Assembly: GCF_001194135.2 (NCBI RefSeq)
Contig: NC_068993.1
Span: forward strand, 47,767,234-47,831,233
DNA length: 64,000 bases
Reading direction: 5' to 3'
From: Octopus bimaculoides
Taxonomy: Eukaryota
Each line of letters opens with the position of its first letter. Positions within the stretch are counted from its first letter, which is position 1. A program made the translations under genes and the position numbers. The notes under the pieces are model-generated. The model saw nothing but the letters and a program-made list of their open reading frames with translations. It made no database searches and was not told the origin of the DNA. Below, piece by piece: positions 13,006-26,412 of this stretch.

Positions 13006-13606
13006 NNNNNNNNNNNNNNNNNNNNNNNNNNNNNNNNNNNNNNNNNNNNNNNNNNNNNNNNNNNNNNNNNNNNNNNNNNNNNNNNNNNNNNNNNNNNNNN
13101 NNNNNNNNNNNNNNNNNNNNNNNNNNNNNNNNNNNNNNNNNNNNNNNNNNNNNNNNNNNNNNNNNNNNNNNNNNNNNNNNNNNNNNNNNNNNNNNNNNNN
13201 NNNNNNNNNNNNNNNNNNNNNNNNNNNNNNNNNNNNNNNNNNNNNNNNNNNNNNNNNNNNNNNNNNNNNNNNNNNNNNNNNNNNNNNNNNNNNNNNNNNN
13301 NNNNNNNNNNNNNNNNNNNNNNNNNNNNNNNNNNNNNNNNNNNNNNNNNNNNNNNNNNNNNNNNNNNNNNNNNNNNNNNNNNNNNNNNNNNNNNNNNNNN
13401 NNNNNNNNNNNNNNNNNNNNNNNNNNNNNNNNNNNNNNNNNNNNNNNNNNNNNNNNNTTTCATATATTTTAAATATTGGCATCGGTATTTGTTCTTCTAT
13501 GCATTGCTAATTATATTTCATTGATACAGCTGTAGTGTTCGTGGGGGAAATTATTGCGACCTTCTTGTATATGCGTTTCTTTAAATGTTTCTTAGTGTTA
13601 ATAATT

Positions 13607-13650
<44 letters not shown>

Positions 13651-13912
13651 GATGTAAGCGTGCTCCACTGTCTGTGAGTATGTGTGTGTGAGAGAATGTT
13701 GTGTGTTTTTGTGTGTTTGAGTGTCGGTATGAGTGTGTGCGTTCGCGTGCGTGTGTGTGTGTGTCGTGTTTGTAACGGGGTTTTTTATACTCTTAAATAC
13801 GGAATACACTACGAAAATTATCAAATGATTGGATAGGAAGGAGATAAGTGTCCCAAAACATAAGCACATTCCTTGTACACACATACATATATACGTATGT
13901 ATGTGCATGAGT

Positions 13913-14256
13913 GAAGGTGCATGAAACAGTCGTTAGAACTTCGATCTCACAATCATGAGGTAGTGAGTTCCATTCATTAACCGGGCTGTGTTGGGTTCTT
14001 GAGCAAGAGAATTATATTTTCCACATTGCTCCAGTTCACTCATCTGTAGATATGAGTTGGGATGTCATTTGTGCCAAGCTGTATCGGCGTCTGCTTTTCC
14101 CTTCGATAACATCAGTAGTGTGGAAAAGAGAGACTTCTATGCATGGGCGACTGCTTGCCTTCCATAAACAACCTTGCCCGTGCAAGAGGAACATTTTCGG
14201 CCTTGAAGGGGAACCTTCTTGGCGAAGTTCCATGTTCATTCATGACCGAAGGGGTT
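13913..14256 (+). mobile_element. tRNA/CORE-like SINE family C, near full length, diverged
   Basis: tRNA-like head (GTTAGA...GTGAGTTCC), CORE-like TTCTTGAGCAAG, and a 3' part matching the reverse complement of 18292-18459. Confidence 0.8.
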
Positions 14257-14488
14257 TTTCCATTTCACCCTCATGTGATTAAATTCACATGTCAAAAACC
14301 AATCACACAGACGCACACACACACGTTTGTAAGTGTAAATATATGTATATAAATTTACATAAATATATATATATATACTCGTTTGTGTATATTACTATAA
14401 AATAGGTGTGAAAGGCATGTCTGTACATGTATTTATGCGTGTGTTTGAGTGTTTGTGCGCTTGGTTATGCGTGTTTATTTATATATAC

Positions 14489-14572
<84 letters not shown>

Positions 14573-16409
14573 NNNNNNNNNNNNNNNNNNNNNNNNNNNN
14601 NNNNNNNNNNNNNNNNNNNNNNNNNNNNNNNNNNNNNNNNNNNNNNNNNNNNNNNNNNNNNNNNNNNNNNNNNNNNNNNNNNNNNNNNNNNNNNNNNNNN
14701 NNNNNNNNNNNNNNNNNNNNNNNNNNNNNNNNNNNNNNNNNNNNNNNNNNNNNNNNNNTGTGTGTGTATGTGTGTGTGTGTATCTATGTATCTATGCATT
14801 TCCTGAAATAATATTTTATGTGCGGCTTTTAACTTTTGTATTTTATATGTTTCATATTCTCTTATTGGCAGCATGTTTGTGACAGAAGAGTTCGTAGATC
14901 CATGTACGACGCTTCTACACATTCACAGTCTCATTATCAAGATTTGATAGAATATATTTGTCGTTTGTTTTCTTTTATTGTAATTGTATTCGTGTGGAGT
15001 TCCTTGTGAAAGTTTTTTTTTTCATAACTAGCACCCTGCATGAATTCTCACATGCTGCTTTGCAATCAAATTTTGATGTGCAGTCAAATTTTGAATGTGA
15101 GTTTTTTTTTCATGCCAGTAGCCACTTGTTAAAACTTTGATGTATTTCTAAATTTTGGCATTGTATTACGGTATGAAAATTGTTTCAAGATTTAATCTAT
15201 TTTTGCGTAGAATTTTATAGAGTATGTATTTTCCTTTAATATTGCTCTATCAAATTTCATTTTGTTGTACAATAATGCGTTATTGCTCCATGCTCACCTA
15301 CCTAATGGTATCCTTTTTTTTTTAAGTGCATGTGATTTGTTTCGAGAATCGTTATCCTCAAAAGAATTATTTCAGACACTCTCGAAAATTTATAACATTC
15401 TTATAATTGCAGCTTTTAGTTTTCCAGTCAATTTAAGAACCACGTTGTTCAACTGCTTTGCAAATTTCGTACATTATATAATTCTACGCAGAAGTAGAAA
15501 AGTGAAAAACCTTTTTAATGTTGCCTGTGGTATTATACAATCGGGTACTCAGTGCAAAAATATTTCCTAATCAATATATTAAACATTTTGCACTACATTA
15601 TATAATTTTTATCACATCAAAAAACATTAATTATATTTGGAAATATATGCATATGTTGTTACACAAATCTTTATAAATAATGATGCACTTTATTTTTTGC
15701 CAAATTCTTCTGAATAATCAATCGTCTCTGTCAGTAATATATCCTATTGTTTATGCCGTGTGATAAATTTAATCCTTCCAGTTTGGCGCCAAAACACAGT
15801 TTTTACTTTTTTACAAATACACGGGCCATGTTTTCGGTCTAATGTTAAGTCATTATCTTGATCTACAACTTCAGTCGGTAGTAGCTCAGTGATTTCTTGC
15901 ATGCTGCACACTATTTCTGAAATCAATGCAAAAATCGGAACTGCAAAAAAATATTACCCAAAATTATTGCACATTGGGTTCTATAATCTACATTCTTGCA
16001 AAGTGGCATTCCTGACCACTCGCCCATATCTCCATTTATTGTAATTGCTTAAAGTTGTTTTATTTGATATCAGCATTGTAATCGTATCATTGAAAAGTAA
16101 TACATTTTCTGGGAATCAATAATCTTCTTTAATAGGATTCGTTAGACAAGATGACGGACGCAACACATCATTGTATAATGATCAGATTTGTGTGGCATCG
16201 TTTAGTAATTATGTCTTTCAATTGTAATAATATCTCACGGCGTTTCTCCGCTGTGGAGGAGTAGGGCTATTTTTTATGCCCCCATCTACTCTTAAAACAG
16301 TAACCAAGACTAAAGAAACCTCCTGTCTCTCAGCTGTTGGCCACTGAATAGCATGAATCGGTATCAAACAATTGAGTTATACTAGTACTTGTGTTTTGTT
16401 ATATTTTAC

Positions 16410-16990
16410 CGACAGTGGTTGTCTGGTAAGAAACTTGCTTCCCAACCACATGGCTCTGGGTTGAGTCTCACTGCGTGGCATCTTCGGCAAGAACCTTCTG
16501 CTATGTCCTTGGGAAGACCAATGCCTTGTGAGTGGATTTGGATGCCAGAATCTGGAAGAACCGTGTGGTTTATATGTGATGTGTGTGTGTGTGTGTGAGA
16601 GAGTGTGTGTATGTGTGTGTNNNNNNNNNNNNNNNNNNNNNNNNNNNNNNNNNNNNNNNNNNNNNNNNNNNNNNNNNNNNNNNNNNNNNNNNNNNNNNNN
16701 NNNNNNNNNNNNNNNNNNNNNNNNNNNNNNNNNNNNNNNNNNNNNNNNNNNNNNNNNNNNNNNNNNNNNNNNNNNNNNNNNNNNNNNNNNNNNNNNNNNN
16801 NNNNNNNNNNNNNNNNNNNNNNNNNNNNNNNNNNNNNNNNNNNNNNNNNNNNNNNNNNNNNNNNNNNNNNNNNNNNNNNNNNNNNNNNNNNNNNNNNNNN
16901 NNNNNNNNNNNNNNCTGGGCCCGATTCATTCGACTGAAAATCCTCCAACGCGGTGCCTCAGCATTGCCGCAGTCTTGTGACAGAAAGAAT
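16410..16990 (+). mobile_element. SINE family A, full length, with internal (TG)n and gap
   Basis: Head AGTGGTTGTCTGGTAAG...GGGTTGAGTCTCACTGCGTGGC, then CCTTGTGAGTGGATTTGG, (TG)n, gap, and tail CGACTG...GCCGCAGTC. Homologous to 525-996 and 42685-42845. Confidence 0.8.
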
Positions 16991-18291
16991 TAAAAGAAAA
17001 ACGACAATTCGTTTGTGAACTGAGAACACAAAGAGCGACACAAGTTGGTGTGTCCAAAACTCTAACGATTTGTCCACCTTCATCATAATTATTTCAGTTT
17101 TAATATGATTTACATATTCTTGTATTTTTAGATTCTTTGTTTGGTTACAAAATTTAATTTGCATTATGGACATTCACAAAGTGAAGAATTTCAGAAATTG
17201 GCAAACTACAGAAACCAAAATAGATTTATCAATATATTTCTATAATAAACATTAAATTCTAGGATGATTTTTAAAAACAAACAAGTTCCAATTTGTTGAA
17301 ATATCATCCTAGACAGTCAGCGACATTTCCATCTTAACCTGCTGTTTTATTCGATAATTCCAGACACAGTAGGATATTTAATATCAAATGTTCCAGCTGT
17401 TTCTCACACTTTCTACATGAACTCCGAATGAACCGATAATTAATATACGCTGAAAGAAAATTAAAAATCTTTTATTTATCTGCAAAATAAAAAAATGCGA
17501 AACATTTTAGACAACACTTTATTGGTTGAGTCAACGAATTTTCAGACGAAATTTTATAATTTTCGGAAATACATAAACAAAACAAAAAAAAATGTATCTG
17601 CTCCGCTAAATAGATTTGTGTATTACGAAATATATAATTAATGTTTTCATATTAATTTAAATCAATTTATATAGACGAATATATACATATACTATTTCAA
17701 ACTTATTTGTTTCAAAAGTTGATTTATTTTTTATAATCACCAATATTTTCATTATGGAAATCGTGGTAAAGATTAAAATGAAAATTTCCTGAAATTTCAC
17801 GAGGAAACGTGAATTACTCTTGCTTCAAGTCTGCTAAATATGTAGTGCGGCTCTCTCAGAATTCATTCTTGCTACACACGTAAATAGTGCGTGTGTGTGT
17901 GTGTGTATGTGTGTGTGTGTGAGTGTATTTGTAAAATAAGTTCCTTCTTTTATAAGTATCAGGCGAAAATGTATCTCAGTATTTTGACCGTTTCTTTGTT
18001 CCTTGCACCAACAGCATTCTGTATAGCCATCGTTTTCCTTGGTTAGCCGTAAATAGTTTCGGGAAATCTTAGTTAAAATACAAACAGACACTAGATATTA
18101 AAAACAAATGACTAGATATAAATAAATAAAATAAGTAATTGTCTTGGAACGAACATGGAACGAACCCGAAATAACAAACGAATAAAGTAAGTTTTTGCCA
18201 GACGAGCAAGTTAACGTGTTATTTCTGGACAGAGGAAATTATTCTGTTATACAGCAAAATGGAAATCATAATTAATACATACATATATGCT

Positions 18292-18459
18292 GAGACCCCC
18301 TTCGGTCATGACTGACCTTGGGATTGCACCTAGAAAGTTAGTCGCCCATGCATACCAGCCTCCCCTCTCCACGGTACCAGTGTTATCCAAGGGAAAGGCA
18401 AAGGCCGATACAGCTTGGCATCTGTGACGTCGCAACTCATTTCTACAGCTGAGTGAACT
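18292..18459 (-). mobile_element. SINE family C 3' part with an internal deletion
   Basis: Strong similarity to the reverse complement of 14030-14256. Confidence 0.85.
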
Positions 18460-18499
18460 TCAGTCACTGAAACAGCTAAATTGTTTAGTGTTTAAAGAA

Positions 18500-18965
18500 A
18501 TACAAACTCGAAAACCATGTTGTTTATCAAAACTACGGTTCAAGCAAAATTTGAATGAAGACTTATGGATGCAAAGCTCGCATAAAAGGCTTACCGACTA
18601 GAGAACAATACTAAAAAAAGAAGAAAAACATCAAATTACTGAAGTAAACGTAACAGCGGAGCTACACCATCACATTGCTAACCATGCGTCAATGAAAGCG
18701 GTTCATCGTGAGCTCGATAAAGCTAGATACAATATGAATGTTGTAACTATTTAAACTCCCCTGTCCGCCATCAACATTGATAAATAAAATAAAAATGGTA
18801 TGTAGACACTCAGAAGTGGTCAATGGATCAATAGGACACTGATAAGAATCATTCATTGCGTGTTCCTGTCTGGAGACAGCCCAAAGTAACCATCGGTTCT
18901 CACTGTTTAACCACTATCGTGAAGTATGTAGGGGGCTCTGTGATTTGGGCTCCAATTTACAGCGC
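18500..18965 (+). pseudogene. Decayed Tc1-like transposase
   Basis: Hand translation with stops and frameshifts: VTAELHHHIANHASMKAVHRELDKA...KWSMDQ*...VWRQPK...CLTTIVKYVGGSVIWAP. This matches the Tc1 pattern TVRREL..G / W+.eQW / VWR.P / TVKHGGGSVM+WG. Confidence 0.85.
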
Positions 18966-20969
18966 TAATATTATTGGAAATTGACACAAAGTGCACAAAA
19001 GTGCCTTAATGCTTACCACAATCACTAAACATCGGTAAAAGCGAACACTTTGTATTTTGGAACAACAAGTGGAAAGATGATTCCCTTCCTTCACCATTGT
19101 TCCTCAAAGAACTTTTAAAAGACTTTAAAGAATGATTCAAATATCACAGGATTTTCAAGGTCTTTGATTAATCTTCATGACAGACTTTAAGCTAAAAAAT
19201 TTCCTTTAAGCTAAAGCTTTTCCTCTAAGACAAACTTTTTCATTCGATGTTANNNNNNNNNNNNNNNNNNNNNNNNNNNNNNNNNNNNNNNNNNNNNNNN
19301 NNNNNNNNNNNNNNNNNNNNNNNNNNNNNNNNNNNNNNNNNNNNNNNNNNNNNNNNNNNNNNNNNNNNNNNNNNNNNNNNNNNNNNNNNNNNNNNNNNNN
19401 NNNNNNNNNNNNNNNNNNNNNNNNNNNNNNNNNNNNNNNNNNNNNNNNNNNNNNNNNNNNNNNNNNNNNNNNNNNNNNNNNNNNNNNNNNNNNNNNNNNN
19501 NNNNNNNNNNNNNNNNNNNNNNNNNNNNNNNNNNNNNNNNNNNNNNNNNNNNNNNNNNNNNNNNNNNNNNNNNNNNNNNNNNNNNNNNNNNNNNNNNNNN
19601 NNNNNNNNNNNNNNNNNNNNNNNNNNNNNNNNNNNNNNNNNNNNNNNNNNNNNNNNNNNNNNNNNNNNNNNNNNNNNNNNNNNNNNNNNNNNNNNNNNNN
19701 NNNNNNNNNNNNNNNNNNNNNNNNNNNNNNNNNNNNNNNNNNNNNNNNNNNNNNNNNNNNNNNNNNNNNNTATATATATATATATATATGTATATATTTA
19801 AATGAAATATTCAAACACTGAGGTTTGAAGTTAGACGTCACTACTGTTCATATCATCTGTGGATAAATTCTAAATTTGATGATATCACCAGTAGTAGCAT
19901 TGGTGGAACGCAGTTATGATAGCTTTAAGGCGCTATGAAATACCGTAATGATGCTTAATGAGCATCTACCTGCTAGAAATAAGAGCCAAGTCTTAAATAA
20001 TCCACCTAAATATATGTATGTATGTATTTATGTATGTGTGTATGTATGTACGTCTATATGTTTGTATGTATGTATATTTCAACGAGAGAAAGAATGATGA
20101 AAGGACAGAAAGAGGAACGGATGCAGCAACATCAACTGTATAGGCTGTGTTGTATACACACATTAGACGAGAGTTATAAACAGAAACGTTTTCTTTCATT
20201 GCTTTGGTAATATGAAGAACATATGTACCTTTTGGTGTGATAGGTCATTTGATTATTAAAACTCCATCACGTTTAAGTACACACAGAAATACTGCTATCA
20301 AATAACATTCCGACATCACGTCTAAATTTCAGCTAGCAACGAGTCAACGTACATACACATGCGCATAGGGACAAATATGTGTTTACATGTATATACTCAC
20401 ACGCACACACACAGATATGTGCGGATTATGTAGCCATTCACAAGTATACATTACCCAAGCACTTGTATGTAGTTTACCTTTCTTTTTAATACAAGAAATA
20501 ATAATTCAAAGATAGATAGTTACACTTATAGCACGGTAATACATGTGCATCTGTTGATATATTTATACAAAGAAGGACACTTGAAATACCAGTAGAAACA
20601 TTTCGATATGGAATCCTTAGTAAGTTCTGTGGAGAAACCAAATCAAATAAGACGTGGGTTTCATCCTATGCTAGGGTGGTACGGTCTGTGTTATCAACAC
20701 TGTTGCAGCAGAGCAAAGATCGATGTGAGCCTTATTTGTTTAGTTATGTTTATATGATACGAGAGATGACGAGAGCGGAGAATAAGAGAGATACATATAA
20801 TATATGTGTGTTTTCAGAAATACATATAGGTACATATACGTATGTGTGTTTGCATTATGCTTATGTATATACACATACTAGCATATGTATGTATGAATAT
20901 ATGTATGAATATATGCATATATAGTATATTTGTGTATATATGCATGTATATATGTATATATATATGCAT

Positions 20970-21016
<47 letters not shown>

Positions 21017-21663
21017 CACACATACATACATGATACATGCACACACACACGCACACACACAAGAAACTACGTATGTACAAGGATGAAAAATAACTCAGAA
21101 CTGAAAATATTTTAAAGAAATTGAATGTACGAAAGGAACGAACAAAAGTGGAAGCTTAAAAATATTGCAACGAAATTGAAAATTTTAAATAATATTTCTG
21201 CTTCGGTGGGTCTGGACGGAAGTGAAAATTAGAGAAATTGAATATCATTTTGATAGTGTTATAAAATTCGGAGGGTCATTTTCTTTTCCTTATGTGTCTG
21301 TGTAACTGAGATGATAGTCAATGCTTTTTGTTGAGTCATGTTTCGTCCATTTTGGAAAACAGGAGGATTGTCGAGGGAATTGCTGCTGAAGAGAAGAGTG
21401 TTGGACGATGGATATTCTACGTATCAACAGTCCAAGGGTGTTCAATTTCCAGAGCTTCGTCGCATATTGTTAAATTTCCAGAGTGTCGACGCATATTTTT
21501 TTGCATATGGGAGATATATTTTCATTTTTTAGTTGAAGGAATGTGGGACTCAAGAAAAAAATTATGCTATATACTTCTCATTATTTCCGTCCAGAGACAC
21601 TGCTTCTTACTATTTGAGGATTACTAGGAAAGCAAAAGCATATCCTAGCCACTCGTCTCTCCT

Positions 21664-21714
21664 ATATGAGCTCATATTTCTCTATACCTAAATGTTAGGT
21701 ATAGAGAAATATGA
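21664..21714. repeat. Overlapping perfect palindromes
   Basis: 20-bp arms TCATATTTCTCTATACCTAA (21672-21691) and TTAGGTATAGAGAAATATGA (21695-21714) with a 3-nt loop. Overlaps the 14-bp palindrome ATATGAGCTCATAT (21664-21677). Confidence 0.95.
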
Positions 21715-22011
21715 AAGTAATGCAGCTTCTTAATGTTTTTCCTTATATATATATATTTTTTTGGATTGTGCACCTTTGGATTTTTTGAATACAGCTCATC
21801 ATCGTTTAATTAGTATATCTATTTTAGTATATGTTCTAATTATTTTAATTACTCCTAGATGGCAACAAACTCCATCCAACTGTGGTACATACATACATAC
21901 ATACATACGTACAAACGGAAAATAAGTAGCTACTGTAGGTTACTTCCTTTAGCGACATGTTTATCTCTGTGTATATATACTCAAAAGCATAGAAACAAAC
22001 ACACACAAACA

Positions 22012-22074
<63 letters not shown>

Positions 22075-22254
22075 TCATACGCACATAAACGTATATATAC
22101 ACATTCACACACGTTAACTGTACGTATTATCACACTCACATTATACTCCAGCATCTCACAAACGTCACTTTCTAAACTGACCAATGTATGATCATTTGCC
22201 TGGCAACTCACCCTTTTAAAAATAGTAGCCAACTGTTCTACAGAGTTTTATCTG

Positions 22255-22315
22255 CTCTATTAGGTAGCCTTAGGTAGCTCTATTAGGTAGCTTTGGGTAG
22301 CTCTATTAGGTAGCA
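22255..22315. repeat. 23-bp minisatellite, about 2.5 units, built from TAGGTAGC subunits
   Basis: TCTATTAGGTAGC-CTTAGGTAGC-TCTATTAGGTAGC-TTTGGGTAGC-TCTATTAGGTAGC. Confidence 0.9.
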
Positions 22316-24332
22316 TTATTATCCAGAGTACAGCATGTTTAGAACACTTTCAGCGTTGGAATTTCTTCCAACATTAATCTGCTGCTATATGTCAACACGG
22401 CGCTAATTAAAAACAACATAAATAGCAGTAGCAAAAACAACAAGAACTACGTGAAAAGAAGTCGGTATGGTCTTGTCTATAACACCTCTCATAAATGCTT
22501 GACTTGTCACGTACGGCCTAGGGTTGTAAAGAACAACAACGCTAACTCTACAACAATTACTGATTTCACCAGCTTGATGTTGATAACTATGTCTCACGTC
22601 ACCCATCTCCAATATTCTATCACAAACTCAATATACACACATGCATGAGTACGCTAATCCATATACACTCAAGCATGCATATTAATATACATCCATAAGT
22701 GGTACCTTAACTCTCTAATACATTTATTGTCTGTTTCAATAGAACGACATCTGTACCACCTCTTTTTCCGTTCTCCCCGACTCCCAAACAACAACCTATT
22801 CATTCTTTCACTATTCCACCATCCTCTTCCTTATTTCTACCCCCTATACTTTGCATTACATTTTCCCCCCATCTCCATACTACCACCACCCATGATTCAC
22901 TGTTCACTCCTACCCGATGTCACTATTCTTTGGCCAATTGGCTGGCTCGATGCCCGCCTGATTTCCCCTCCATCTAACACAAACATCTTTTCCCACATAC
23001 TTTTCGTTACGTTTTTACCTCTAACACTGCATTTCACCCACCGAAATACCACCTTCACCTGCCACAACCACATACTCAATTCTCATTTTACCCCTACACC
23101 CTATTTTCTGTCATTCTTTCCACTTATTCTTCTCCTCTCGTTCGTATCCCTTAACCTTTTCGTTGTGTATCAAAATATTCTTGAACAATGTATTCTCTTC
23201 TTATTTATTTATTAATTTCATTCTTGTAACATTTCTTTGTATTTTTTCTCCTCTTATTTTACGTCTTTTCTTTCTCATTCATTCTTATTTGAATTTCTTG
23301 TCCTTTCTTTACAGTTTTTTTTTCTCTTTTCTTCCATTTCATCTTTGTTCCGGAAATTCTGTAGCAAAATGTCGTCTTCGTCTGCTTCTATATTCCGCTT
23401 CTACTGACATAGTTTTGATACAGGCATATTTTTTTTATTTTATTTTCTTCCCTTGCGAACAAATAATCCAGTCTTGCCATTGTTATTTCTAAGAATCGCT
23501 TGACATCATACCATGACACTTAGTTTCACTACATTGGCCCGTTAAATTCGCCTTTTAATAACGTTACAGAGGTCATAAAGGAAATTTCCTGCAAAAAATC
23601 CTAACCATAACCTGCTATCAACTCACCCTGCCATTACCCAAGCCATCAGTTCAACTAACCCCCATATCAATCCCTGCCTTCCACACTCCAGTCACCTATT
23701 CATCCATCAGTCCATCCATTCATCCAACATTCCGTCTATTCATTTACAGACGTAGAAAACCAATATCACATCCACGCAGTATAATGCAGCATTTTCTTTA
23801 TTCCTTTATTCCTTTATTTATTTATTTTCATAATTTTACAGAAAGTACAGACTAATTTTCCAGGAAAATAAAATTCTATACACCCACACAACAGCAAGCC
23901 CATGCATCTAACATCATACCTAGTCATTTTCATTCGCACGTTTACACACAGACAACCGAAAATTCCGCCGTTGAATAATATTTCAAGGGAGATAGAGAAG
24001 AAAATTTCGCAGAAACAATCGGACCTACCACACATCGAACCCACATCCATTCGTTCACACATCTATGCATCTATTGAAAAAAGTCATCTATTCATCCACA
24101 GAACCGATACACACACAAACACCCGCAGCAGGAAGGCAAAGACAATCCACGATATGTCAGCCACACCGGTTAAGGTCTTACATTGATAAATTTAGATAGG
24201 CTGTGGTGAGGAGAAGATAATTCTACACAAATCTAAACATATATATATGCATACATGCATGCATTTGTATATATAAACATACACACCATATGCTTATATA
24301 TGCATATAAGCCTAGTTATGAACACACAGACA

Positions 24333-24388
<56 letters not shown>

Positions 24389-24891
24389 GATGAATATGTG
24401 TGTATGCGAGTGTGTGTGTATGTGTGTGTGTGTGTGTCTATGAACGCATGAATGCAGGTATGTATTTATGCGCTCCTCCATATCCATGTTTTCAATTGCC
24501 AAGCGCTCACGCTGTTTCAACTAGATATCCATGCATCTATTTAGCGAGGCATGTATCCTCAAAATATTCATTCATACATTCATTCATGCACTAAACACAC
24601 ATACAGGCACTCACACACGAAACACACGTACATATANNNNNNNNNNNNNNNNNNNNNNNNNNNNNNNNNNNNNNNNNNNNNNNNNNNNNNNNNNNNNNNN
24701 NNNNNNNNNNNNNNNNNNNNNNNNNNNNNNNNNNNNNNNNNNNNNNNNNNNNNNNNNNNNNNNNNNNNNNNNNNNNNNNNNNNNNNNNNNNNNNNNNNNN
24801 NNNNNNNNNNNNNNNNNNNNNNNNNNNNNNNNNNNNNNNNNNNNNNNNNNNNNNNNNNNNNNNNNNNNNNNNNNNNNNNNNNNNNNNNNNN

Positions 24892-24928
<37 letters not shown>

Positions 24929-25460
24929 ATATAAATATATCGATGTATCTGTATGTATGTATGTGTATGTATATGTAGAGGTGAAGAGAACGCAAGGCAA
25001 GAAGTGTCATCCCCTTCGTTTGTTCATATGCCACATATCCCCATCATGTCACATTCATTTCTTTTCAAATGTACTTCCTATGTTCTCATTCTTTATATTA
25101 CAATTTCTTTCTTCTATGTCTTTCGTGCATTATATATTGTGTTGTAATGTAATTGTTATTTATGTTGTTGTCTTATGCATTTTCGCCAGCCGTAGAGCGA
25201 AAAGCTTTCGAACTTCCTACTTATGGATAAGAATACCAATTAGATAAAACTATGGATATTGTGTATTCCTATTATAAATCGGGGTACAGAGCACGGAAAA
25301 ATCGCCCTATTGTCTGGGTTGTTGTTCTGTCTGGTCTTAGAGTTTGGGTGTTATGTATGTATGCTCGTATCCATGTATGTATGCATTTATGCATGCATGT
25401 ATGTATGTGCGTGTGCATGCATGTATGCATGTATGCATATACGTATGAATACATACATAC

Positions 25461-25532
<72 letters not shown>

Positions 25533-26186
25533 AAATAAAATAAAAATTATACGATATAGTTACGTGCAATTTTACAAATACAGACAATGATATGTTTATA
25601 TGTGTATTATACACGCATTATGAATATATATATTATATAAATCCTTGCAAGTATGCATACTCATATATGTATACATACATACACAGACTCACACACAACC
25701 ATATGCATATAAAGCGAGAGAAAGAGAGAGAGTAAGAGTGACCGAGAGCGAGTTATAGAAAGTCAGATATGATTGTAGTTAGTTAGGTACATATATACAA
25801 AGGAATATATTTTCACAACGACATACATATATGAATGGACTATATATATCCAGTTTCTGTTCATTTTCTTCTGTATAAATTGAAGATTGCGAATAACTTT
25901 CCACTAGATTGAAAAGATATCATGTAGAACCTATTTAGAAAGCAAATTTTTAAAAATACTCGTTTGGAAACAACGGAATTTCCGATTCTGAATATTGTAT
26001 GGTGTAATACACGTGAAACTGTTCAAATAAAAACAAAAATTATCAAACTTCTCTTACTACTACTACTAATAATAATATAATAATAATGATGATAATAATA
26101 ATTTTGGTAATGCAGTTCTATATTTAAGAGATGAGGAATTATGTATACTATTGACGGATATTTGTCCTCATCTTGTTTGTTGTTAC

Positions 26187-26230
26187 CACAACGTTTCGGC
26201 TGATATACTCTCCATCCCACATCAGGTGTC
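26187..26230 (-). ncRNA. Degenerate minimal type-I hammerhead-like motif
   Basis: Minus strand GACAC-CTGATGT-G-GGATG-GAGAGTATAT-CAGCC-GAAACGTT-GTG. The core CUGAUG(A>U)...GAAAC-GUU and the palindromic ACGU stem III are visible. One core change and one stem II mismatch. Confidence 0.55.
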
Positions 26231-26337
26231 TTGGGGAAATTTTGAACCTGGTTTCTCATTCCTAAGATATTATTATTATTATTATTATCATCATTATTAA
26301 TATTATTATTATTATTATTATTAATATTATTATTATT

Positions 26338-26412
26338 CAGGTCACTGTCTGGAATCGAACTCGGTATCTTGGGGTTTGCAGCCCGCCCTCTTAACCACTA
26401 CGCCATATGCCC
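26338..26412 (-). promoter_or_regulatory. tRNA-like segment with Pol III A and B boxes
   Basis: Minus strand GGGCATATGGCGTAGTGGTTAAGAGGGCGGGCTGCAAACCCCAAGATACCGAGTTCGATTCC. A box TGGCGTAGTGG and B box GAGTTCGATTCC are at tRNA-like spacing. Confidence 0.75.

Noticed and set aside
17315-17450. Minus-strand exon after the strong acceptor TTTTCTTTCAG (YINYRFIRSSCRKCEKQLEHL...)
   Set aside because: The donor is weak, the peptide is unrecognised, and there is no supporting neighbouring exon.
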